A DNA stretch of 5,192 nucleotides from a virus. How positions within the stretch are numbered: the stretch's first letter is position 1; the number at the start of each line of letters is the position of its first letter. Below, piece after piece: positions 1-5,192 of this stretch. The stretch is from the UHGV virus genome UHGV-0385696; one strand, given 5' to 3'. The notes below the pieces were generated by a model that did not search any database, was not told where the DNA came from, and saw nothing but the letters and a program-made list of their open reading frames with translations. The position numbers and the translations under genes are program-made.

Positions 1-890
1 TGCTGATTATGAAAATCTGCTATCGTCTTAAGCTGATAACCAGCAGGACGAGGTAAACCAGCCTTATCAAAAGCAGCACCTAACTCACCTTCTCCAATAT
101 ACTGAGGTAAAGAAAGGAAATGATTAAGCGATTCATTACCATACGAAAAAGCCAAAGACAAAGCCTCATATTTAGCCTTATCTTGAAGATACGGCTGAAT
201 AGATTCAGACAACTGAGCAGACAATTCATTAACACGAATCTGAGACGAATGAAGAGCAATAGTCGAATTAGCTAAACTCCGATCAATCGAAATACGAGCA
301 TTATCTACTGCAACCTGATGAGCAAACGACAAATTAAACTGACGAGCATTCTCTTTACGATTAGCATCTGAAATATCTTTCTCAGTCTTATTACGTTCAG
401 TAGCAATATTCTCATTGGACTGAGTCTGAACATCGACATTACGCTCATTAGACTTAGTCTGCATACCTGTAACCTCTTTCTGAGTAGTATTATGAGCTTC
501 AGCAACCTTTTCACTAGACTGAGTCTGCATCTCTGTAACCTCTTTCTGAGCTTGTATCTTATCCTTTTCGAGCATAGCGCCGACAATCGTCTGTACCATC
601 TGTAACACGCCCTGAGTATCAATAGGCGCAGAGTTAGGCGGTTGCGGAGCATTGCCGACTGCAGACTCCATAACGGCACCGCCATGAGCATATACAAGAT
701 TAGGATTCAATCCAGCCGCACGCAAGCGTGCCATCTGAGCAGTAGGGGCATTATAAGCGTTCATTTTATCCTGCATATAATTCATCCTATCCCATTGCTC
801 ATCAGACCTAGCCTGCGCATACTGATTATTAATGAAACCTCCAAGCAAAGAGGCACCAGCTCCAATTATTGCGGGTATAGCGGAAATCAT
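1..890 (-). CDS. VP2: Minor capsid / DNA pilot protein VP2, N-terminal 296 codons. The ATG is at 890-888 and the ORF runs off the left edge of the window. It continues in frame at 5192 if the molecule is circular.
   Basis: Hand translation of the reverse complement gives 296 codons with no stop: MISAIPAIIGAGASLLGGFINNQYAQARSDEQWDRMNYMQDKMNAYNAPTAQMARLRAAGLNPNLVYAHGG... The Gly/Ala-rich N-terminus and the 'AGLNPNLVY' motif are typical of Microviridae VP2 pilot proteins. The gene lies 7 nt downstream of the VP1 stop on the same strand. The supplied ORF track missed it only because no stop occurs inside the window. Confidence 0.8.
   Translation of the reverse strand, partial: MISAIPAIIGAGASLLGGFINNQYAQARSDEQWDRMNYMQDKMNAYNAPTAQMARLRAAGLNPNLVYAHGGAVMESAVGNAPQPPNSAPIDTQGVLQMVQTIVGAMLEKDKIQAQKEVTEMQTQSSEKVAEAHNTTQKEVTGMQTKSNERNVDVQTQSNENIATERNKTEKDISDANRKENARQFNLSFAHQVAVDNARISIDRSLANSTIALHSSQIRVNELSAQLSESIQPYLQDKAKYEALSLAFSYGNESLNHFLSLPQYIGEGELGAAFDKAGLPRPAGYQLKTIADFHNQ
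418..550 (-). repeat. Imperfect direct tandem repeat inside the VP2 coding sequence. Copies are at about 451-484 and 517-550 (31/34 identical, 66 nt apart), with a partial third copy at 418-428.
   Basis: Plus strand 451-484 is gacttagtctgcatacctgtaacctctttctgag and 517-550 is gactgagtctgcatctctgtaacctctttctgag. Both copies are in frame and encode repeated QKEVT(E/G)MQT(Q/K)S(S/N)E(K/R) units in VP2. Confidence 0.75.
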
Positions 891-897
891 AATATCA

Positions 898-2817
898 TCA
901 TCTTAAAACATTACCATCATAACGAGCTAGCGGACGCAATACATCCACATTATTATAAGTAACAGACAATACGTGATTATCTACAGGCTTATCTACAACA
1001 CGCGACAGGGTACGAATATATGTCCAACCTGGAAAACCAAAGGTATATGGAACAGTAACAGTTGAAGAATAAACACCGTAATCAATAAAGAAAGGAAAAA
1101 CCAAATCACCACGAGTAAGATATGAAATCTCAGATAAGCGATAATCTCCTTCTAAAGCCTGACTTTTAGCAACACGACGGAAAACAAGATCTGACGAAGA
1201 ATCTATAAGAAAAGAACCAGCAGTAGACGCATCCTTAACCCTAGAAAGACACGAAAACATAAATCTAAAATCTCCCTGAGAAATATTTGACTGATTAACA
1301 GATATAGACGGCCTAGCTAAAAGATCATCAGATATCCTCTCGACAACTGCTATCGACAAATCATAAGTAAGCGGAGCTTTATCAATATCATATCCTAACT
1401 TAATATGAGCTTTATATAACGCACCGTTAGGTGAAAAACCATCTGGAGCCCAAACATAACCAGCAACAGTCTGCATAGATTCCAAAGTAGTACCTTGAGT
1501 AGTTTCAATATTTGTAGCAGTACCACTAAACCTATAAAGATACAAAGGTTCATCACCGGTAAATGAAAATATACGATTATCGGGATGGCAAGTAACAAAA
1601 TCTACCGATAACTTCTCTTTGGAAATATCGCGCGACAGATGCCAATAATCAAGCGAACGCCTAAAATCTCCAGATACTACATCATTACCATAACGATAAT
1701 CATCATACCTAGGAACATATCCGAAAGCTTCATCTTTAGATCGAGCAACATCAAGTTCACGTCCCTCTATCTCTTGATAACCAAGCGCGGAGAAATGAGG
1801 ATTAAAGAAATCAAAATAAGTCCTACGAGTGAACATCTTAGGACAACCACCGATATTTGACGGACGAGGACGAACAAAATGCAAACCAATAATCAAGCCA
1901 TGTTCATACACATCATACTGAATCTGACCGGTACGATTAACAGACACAGACTTACCATAACTTTCACCAACAGAGCCAAGTTCAGAAGGCGCTGTCTGGT
2001 CTACATCTGAAACATTAAGAACGTAACTATCACCACCTAGATACTTAGGGATCTGTACTCTAGCATCAAGCGGTTCAACTCCAAAGAACTCCTTAATATA
2101 ATTAGCATACTTACCACCAACACGCAAAAGACGCTCACGGAAAGACTGCAAACGCTCAGCTAAACGCATCTCAGGCACAGTAATAGTATTATTACCATCC
2201 ATATCCAACTGAACCATATTACCGTACTGCGTAGAGGTATGAGCGCTAGTAAAGTAATCAAGTCCCTCATTAACATACATCACATTACCAATGTATTTGC
2301 GCAGAGAAGCACTACTAAAATTTTCGGGGCGCAACTGATCAACATAACGTTCATCAAGATCCGACCTCATATAGTAGTGATTATAGATCAGATAATAAGC
2401 TAGTAGGGGAGTAGCATTAAGATCCTTAAGCGCATTAGCAGGATTAACATCATCATTAGATGTAGCAAGTCCAAAATACTCTAGCAAAGGCTTCTCTATA
2501 AAAAGATCCTTAAAGGTCTTGGAACTATACTGTAGATACTTATCCATACCTGGCACAGTCTGACCACTATCAGGATCAGTCAGTATCTGCTCATAGTTAG
2601 GTATCAACAGACGATAAGGCACATAATAGTACCTCTGGAAGTAATCAAGTCTATGCATCAACGGGGATAACATAGGCTGGAGACGTACAAGCGTACTAGA
2701 TTGTACGCGATACTTATCACCGGGAACTACTTCCTGGCAAAGAAATGGGATTAATTGACCCATCTCAAAGCTAGAACGGACTTCATGATCTAGCGAATAC
2801 TTAGTTAGATTTGGCAT
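898..2817 (-). CDS. VP1: Major capsid protein VP1 (phiX174 F-protein homologue), 639 aa.
   Basis: A long intact ORF. Its N-terminus ...FEMGQLIPFLCQEVVPGDKY... matches the conserved Microviridae VP1 N-terminal signature (F.MGQLIP..C.EV.PGD). Start is ATG at 2817-2815 and stop is TGA at 900-898. The gene is tightly packed between the 132-aa ORF (3-nt gap) and VP2 (7-nt gap). Confidence 0.95.
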   Translation of the reverse strand: MPNLTKYSLDHEVRSSFEMGQLIPFLCQEVVPGDKYRVQSSTLVRLQPMLSPLMHRLDYFQRYYYVPYRLLIPNYEQILTDPDSGQTVPGMDKYLQYSSKTFKDLFIEKPLLEYFGLATSNDDVNPANALKDLNATPLLAYYLIYNHYYMRSDLDERYVDQLRPENFSSASLRKYIGNVMYVNEGLDYFTSAHTSTQYGNMVQLDMDGNNTITVPEMRLAERLQSFRERLLRVGGKYANYIKEFFGVEPLDARVQIPKYLGGDSYVLNVSDVDQTAPSELGSVGESYGKSVSVNRTGQIQYDVYEHGLIIGLHFVRPRPSNIGGCPKMFTRRTYFDFFNPHFSALGYQEIEGRELDVARSKDEAFGYVPRYDDYRYGNDVVSGDFRRSLDYWHLSRDISKEKLSVDFVTCHPDNRIFSFTGDEPLYLYRFSGTATNIETTQGTTLESMQTVAGYVWAPDGFSPNGALYKAHIKLGYDIDKAPLTYDLSIAVVERISDDLLARPSISVNQSNISQGDFRFMFSCLSRVKDASTAGSFLIDSSSDLVFRRVAKSQALEGDYRLSEISYLTRGDLVFPFFIDYGVYSSTVTVPYTFGFPGWTYIRTLSRVVDKPVDNHVLSVTYNNVDVLRPLARYDGNVLR

Positions 2818-2820
2818 AGT

Positions 2821-3219
2821 TTATAGATCTTCTATCAGTGAATAATTCAGCAGGCGGGCAAACTCCCAAATGGAGGGCGTCCAACCTTGTTCAACGTGCC
2901 ACATTGAGTAAAGAAGGACAACATACTCAAGGGTAGTATCTATATCCTCATCTTCATTGATCAATTGACCAACAAAGGAGATATAAGCAGCGGTATCGTT
3001 ACCATCTTCTTTCGGTGCCCAATATCGTATTATATCACGAGGTGTTTTTGCATCGTGAAGATTACGATAATTATAGACAAGGAGGAAAGCAGCACGGACA
3101 CCGTACTTCATATCCGAGAACTGACAGAAACCATTCTTAGGCTCTGTTTGACCCTTCCAATTATTAGCAGGGTTATACCGTATATTAAACGGGTTATTTC
3201 TATACTTACAAGTGTTCAT
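2821..3219 (-). CDS. Hypothetical 132-aa protein in the position that gokushovirus VP5 occupies (between Rep and VP1). Function unknown.
   Basis: ATG at 3219-3217 and stop TAA at 2823-2821, 3 nt before the VP1 ATG. It sits 6 nt after the stop of the upstream small ORF. There are no internal stops, and it reads on the same strand and in the same tight packing as the known genes. The sequence MNTCKYRNNPFNIRYNPANNWKGQ...GFCQF...YGVRAAFLLVY has a conserved-looking N-terminal motif and an acidic C-terminal half. I cannot assign it to a family from memory. Confidence 0.6.
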   Translation of the reverse strand: MNTCKYRNNPFNIRYNPANNWKGQTEPKNGFCQFSDMKYGVRAAFLLVYNYRNLHDAKTPRDIIRYWAPKEDGNDTAAYISFVGQLINEDEDIDTTLEYVVLLYSMWHVEQGWTPSIWEFARLLNYSLIEDL

Positions 3220-3225
3220 AGCATA

Positions 3226-3354
3226 TCAGATTAAGAATACAGACCAACCAAAGGAGACCAAAAGCACTCCAATAGCTACAAGTAGCAAAATGATAGGGAT
3301 TCGAAACTTACGCAACTTTGCGAAGAATCCGATTTTAGGTTTGAGAATACTCAT
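3226..3354 (-). CDS. Small cationic single-pass membrane protein of 42 aa, MSILKPKIGFFAKLRKFRIPIILLLVAIGVLLVSFGWSVFLI. It may instead initiate at the upstream ATG at 3432, giving 68 aa and overlapping the Rep 3' end by 77 nt.
   Basis: The ATG at 3354-3352 lies 1 nt after the Rep TAA (sense strand reads TAA-T-ATG). The stop TGA at 3228-3226 lies 6 nt before the next gene's ATG. The basic N-terminal region (K5, K7, K13, R15, K16, R18) is followed by a roughly 24-residue hydrophobic C-terminal helix. The ORF fills the Rep-VP5 gap exactly, on the sense strand. Confidence 0.45.
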   Translation of the reverse strand: MSILKPKIGFFAKLRKFRIPIILLLVAIGVLLVSFGWSVFLI

Positions 3355-3355
3355 A

Positions 3356-4294
3356 TTACAAAGGGGATTTTTTGTTATTAGCGCGGATAGATTTAGACAT
3401 ACGGTCTTGTATGTAGCGCGCATTTTCCACATACTGTTTTACTGTTAGATTAGCGTCAGACGCGATTTCAGATATACGGGCTAATTTAGCCTCAGGCGAT
3501 ATATCGGGGGCAATAGCTTCGCGCCATATCTCTGGCACAAGCTTCTTTAGATAGATACGCGGTAGCGTATAGGAGTGACCTCCGATAGCATAAGTAGGAT
3601 AGGACTCACCTGGTTCGAGGTGATCCCAAAACCAACGGATAAAGGCAGGCTCACGCAGGAGCTGACAGCCTAAACCTTGGCTAGCAACAATGAAACTAAA
3701 CTTTTTCAGATAATACTCAACTATATAACGATGCTGAAGATCTCGATTAGACCATATATGATTAAAGATATAATCTACTGATCGACCGGAAACCTTGACA
3801 TTACGAAACTGCTTAGTAACATACTTAGATAGATAATGTATCCGAGCAGGAGTGACAAAATCACACTGTATATTACCATAAGTCCAAGTATCAGATATTA
3901 GACGGCGCATATCCGTGAGAGTCATAGACTTATCAAGATATAATATCACATGGTAGTGAGGGCGCAAAGACTCATCGCCATACTCGTGACAGAGGAAATA
4001 CCGAACTTTGGCAGGCTGTAACGCCTTACGAAGTCGCTTAAGCCAGCGCTGATAATGATATTTCAAGGGCATTCGCAAGTTTGAGGAACCGTGAAACGGA
4101 AGACCTAACAAGGCTGTATCATTGTACGTAAGAGTACAGAAAAACGCAGATTCTGAATACTGCAATTCAACTGTATTACGGAACATCCAAGACGATCGCT
4201 TATTAGATTGACAAGCGTAACAAGTACCACAGGGCACTTTGATAAATTTTCCCGTCTTTGGATTCAAGACTTGTATTTGATTAACACATAGCAT
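3356..4294 (-). CDS. VP4: Replication initiation protein VP4/Rep, a rolling-circle HUH endonuclease of the phiX174 gpA-like superfamily, 312 aa.
   Basis: The N-terminal Cys cluster (...VPCGTCYACQ) and motif I FFCTLTYND. Motif II (HUH) is LRPHYHVILY. Motif III, the tandem catalytic Tyr, is YLSKYVTK (compare phiX174 A protein YVAKYVNK). Start is ATG at 4294-4292 and stop is TAA at 3358-3356. Confidence 0.95.
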   Translation of the reverse strand: MLCVNQIQVLNPKTGKFIKVPCGTCYACQSNKRSSWMFRNTVELQYSESAFFCTLTYNDTALLGLPFHGSSNLRMPLKYHYQRWLKRLRKALQPAKVRYFLCHEYGDESLRPHYHVILYLDKSMTLTDMRRLISDTWTYGNIQCDFVTPARIHYLSKYVTKQFRNVKVSGRSVDYIFNHIWSNRDLQHRYIVEYYLKKFSFIVASQGLGCQLLREPAFIRWFWDHLEPGESYPTYAIGGHSYTLPRIYLKKLVPEIWREAIAPDISPEAKLARISEIASDANLTVKQYVENARYIQDRMSKSIRANNKKSPL

Positions 4295-4434
4295 TTACTA
4301 GAATGAGTTAAATGTTTAGTTAGAAAACACGCTTTTATAATTTTCAAAGTAGTATCTTCCAACTCTCTAGGACAAATGTACTACAAATTATTTAGACAGA
4401 CAACACACGATACAAATACATCGTGGTGTCACTT

Positions 4435-4466
4435 GGCGATTACATGTCAAGTAATAGGTAATCGCC
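4435..4466. other. Perfect 9-bp inverted repeat, ggcgattac ... gtaatcgcc, separated by a 14-nt spacer. On the sense strand the spacer contains TTGACA.
   Basis: Positions 4435-4443 are the exact reverse complement of 4458-4466. The spacer is atgtcaagtaatag, and its reverse complement includes TTGACA. The element lies about 140 nt upstream of the Rep ATG on the sense strand. Confidence 0.6.
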
Positions 4467-4500
4467 TTTCTCTCTCGTGATAATTAACGGGCGGGGGGGC

Positions 4501-4520
4501 AGTCCGAAGGACTTATTCGG
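4501..4520. other. Small alternative hairpins in the GC island: agtcc-gaa-ggact (4501-4513) and ccgaa-ggactta-ttcgg (4504-4520).
   Basis: Short 5-bp inverted repeats read directly from the sequence. The two foldings are mutually exclusive. They lie immediately next to the G7 tract at 4493-4499. Confidence 0.4.
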
Positions 4521-4526
4521 CTATTG

Positions 4527-4565
4527 CCATTGCCCCCACCTCAAAAGAGGTGAGGGGGGCAATGG
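4527..4565. other. Extended imperfect stem-loop. The stems are ccattg/caatgg (6 bp), cccc/gggg (4 bp) and cacctc/gaggtg (6 bp), with an AAAA loop (TTTT on the sense strand). A GG internal bulge and an A bulge interrupt the stem.
   Basis: Checked base by base on the given strand. Positions 4537-4542 pair with 4547-4552, 4533-4536 with 4554-4557, and 4527-4532 with 4560-4565. The GC content is far above the genome background. Confidence 0.7.
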
Positions 4566-4595
4566 ACAAGCCATCAGCCCCCGCACCCATTAATT

Positions 4596-4898
4596 TCAAT
4601 CGGCTACGGGAGCCGTACCGGTCTCAACTGGCGCAGGAGCATCAACTTGCACCGGCTGAACCTTAGACAATAGATTATCTACATCAGATACCGTCATATG
4701 CCTAAAATCATACTTAGTAATATCTGGAGTGTCTAGAGTGTCCGAAGTGTCCTCAGACAATGATAATCCAACATTAAGCGCTTGACCGTCCATTAACTGC
4801 TTAACAAGTATAGACAGGTCTACAGTCTGATTCGGTAAAGTGTCAGACACTACACTCTGTGGCACACGAGCCACATACTTATAACTTCTCTTTTCCAT
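4596..4898 (-). CDS. Acidic 100-aa protein with a Pro/Ala-rich C-terminus. It is a candidate internal scaffolding protein (VP3-like) on the grounds of synteny and charge.
   Basis: ATG at 4898-4896 and stop TGA at 4598-4596. The sequence MEKRSYKYVARVPQ...SEDTSDTLDTPDITKYDF...VQVDAPAPVETGTAPVAD has acidic residues about twice as frequent as basic ones. The gene sits between VP2 and Rep, where gokushoviruses carry VP3. I do not recognise any sequence similarity from memory. Confidence 0.5.
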   Translation of the reverse strand: MEKRSYKYVARVPQSVVSDTLPNQTVDLSILVKQLMDGQALNVGLSLSEDTSDTLDTPDITKYDFRHMTVSDVDNLLSKVQPVQVDAPAPVETGTAPVAD

Positions 4899-5016
4899 GA
4901 TTATTAAAATTACGAATCTTGCGAATTATACTAAGAGTCAATGTCACAATAACCCAAACAGCACACGCAAAAAAAGCAACCATAACAACATAGGTTAATA
5001 AATCTGCGAAATTCAT
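4879..5016 (-). CDS. Small single-pass membrane protein of 45 aa, MNFADLLTYVVMVAFFACAVWVIVTLTLSIIRKIRNFNNHGKEKL. The ORF track's 66-aa version begins at a GTG at 5079 inside the VP2 3' end.
   Basis: The ATG at 5016-5014 lies 37 nt downstream of the VP2 stop. The stop TAA at 4881-4879 falls after a 20-nt overlap with the following 100-aa ORF (ATGGAAAAGAGAAGTTATAA). The protein has a short N-terminus, a hydrophobic helix of about 25 residues and a basic C-terminal tail (RKIRNFNNHGKEKL). Confidence 0.4.
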   Translation of the reverse strand: MNFADLLTYVVMVAFFACAVWVIVTLTLSIIRKIRNFNNHGKEKL

Positions 5017-5053
5017 AGCTATATAATTAGTTACGCGACAAAGATAAAACAAA

Positions 5054-5192
5054 TCATTTAATAGTAGCAGCTGCAACACCTAACTTAATAGGAGTAGAAG
5101 ACGCATTCCAAAAGGCATTCCAACCAGCATACCAAGCAGCAGCGTCGGCACGCTCAAAATCAGCTTCACCCGTTTTCTTCCACAACTCAAAC
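5054..5192 (-). CDS. VP2: 3' end of an ORF entering from beyond the right edge of the window, with stop TGA at 5056-5054. If the molecule is circular it joins in frame to the VP2 ORF at positions 890-1, giving a VP2 of about 341 aa.
   Basis: The reverse complement of 5057-5191 translates as FELWKKTGEADFERADAAAWYAGWNAFWNASSTPIKLGVAAATIK*. The leftover 'ca' from positions 2-1 plus the complement of 5192 ('g') forms CAG, which is exactly in this open frame. The other two frames hit stops immediately. Confidence 0.6.
   Translation of the reverse strand, partial: FELWKKTGEADFERADAAAWYAGWNAFWNASSTPIKLGVAAATIK

Larger units (their letters stand above)
4295..4595. promoter_or_regulatory. Main intergenic region upstream of Rep. 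The Rep-proximal half is AT-rich and is the presumed Rep promoter. The distal half is a GC-rich island with nested hairpins and is a candidate replication origin, packaging element or terminator.
   Basis: This is the only non-coding stretch longer than 40 nt in the window. It contains the G7, G6 and C5 tracts and the structures itemised in the next three features. No ORF is credible on either strand. Confidence 0.55.

Noticed and set aside
305-697. A 130-aa Arg/Leu-rich ORF on the minus strand overlapping VP2 in another frame.
   Set aside because: It is a frame-shifted reading of the repetitive CAG-AAA-GAG-type codons of VP2. It is extremely basic and low-complexity, as is typical of a spurious alternate-frame ORF.
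642-962. A plus-strand 106-aa ORF antisense to VP2 and the VP1 3' end.
   Set aside because: It is antisense to two well-supported genes in a family that encodes everything on one strand. It has no recognisable features.
1395-1598. A highly hydrophobic Leu-rich 67-aa ORF embedded in the +1 frame inside VP1 on the coding strand, recalling the overprinted phiX174 E lysis gene inside D.
   Set aside because: The sense strand is T-rich, so alternative frames are automatically rich in codons with T at the second position (Leu, Ile, Val, Phe) and open hydrophobic frames arise by chance. There is no independent start context or junction evidence. It would need conservation with synonymous-site constraint in VP1, or ribosome profiling, to be revived.
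1639-1860. A plus-strand 73-aa ORF antisense to VP1.
   Set aside because: It is antisense to the major capsid gene. The low-complexity run (ITITIIII) is a chance open frame.
2965-3234. A plus-strand 89-aa ORF antisense to the 132-aa ORF.
   Set aside because: It is antisense to a tightly packed minus-strand gene. It has no start context and no support.
3212-3448. A plus-strand 78-aa ORF with an AAGGAG at 3251-3256 that looks like a ribosome-binding site.
   Set aside because: The AAGGAG lies inside the ORF and is more than 30 nt from the nearest internal ATG (3289), so it is not a functional RBS. The ORF is antisense to the 42/68-aa membrane ORF and the Rep 3' end. The minus-strand reading fits the one-strand architecture and has a clean transmembrane topology, so it is preferred.
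4489-4559. G-runs (G7 at 4493-4499 and G6 at 4554-4559) as a possible G-quadruplex.
   Set aside because: There are only two long G-tracts, separated by about 55 nt, with no four-tract arrangement and loops of 7 nt or less. The second tract is better explained as one arm of the extended hairpin.
4527-4565. The extended hairpin as a rho-independent transcription terminator for the upstream 100-aa gene.
   Set aside because: No T/U-tract follows the stem on the sense strand (GGCAATAGCCGAATAAG follows) or on the opposite strand, so it does not meet the intrinsic-terminator definition. It is kept as a structural, origin or packaging candidate instead.

Overview
The window looks like a complete, or nearly complete, small ssDNA phage genome of the family Microviridae, with a Gokushovirinae-like gene order. 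The strand given is the complement of the coding (virion-sense) strand: every convincing gene reads right-to-left on the '-' strand and they are packed 1-7 nt apart. In sense order the genes are: the replication initiator (VP4/Rep, a HUH endonuclease), a 42-aa cationic single-pass membrane ORF, a 132-aa ORF in the VP5 position, the major capsid protein VP1 (639 aa), the minor capsid/pilot protein VP2, a 45-aa single-pass membrane ORF, and a 100-aa acidic ORF that is a VP3/scaffold candidate. VP2 runs off the left edge of the window. Its reading frame continues without interruption from the right edge of the window and stops at 5054. That argues the 5192 nt form a closed circle, with VP2 about 341 aa long. 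The only sizeable non-coding region (4295-4595, upstream of Rep) contains a conspicuous GC-rich island in an otherwise AT-rich genome. It holds an extended imperfect hairpin of about 16 bp with an AAAA loop, plus a separate perfect 9-bp inverted repeat whose loop contains TTGACA on the sense strand. These are candidate origin, packaging or regulatory structures. No gene has a Shine-Dalgarno sequence. The four plus-strand ORFs in the supplied track all lie antisense to strong minus-strand genes and are judged spurious. The items most worth follow-up are the two tiny membrane proteins (candidate lysis or membrane functions, which are unknown for gokushoviruses), the GC-rich hairpin region, the circular closure through VP2, the internal tandem repeat in VP2, and the uncharacterised 132-aa protein.
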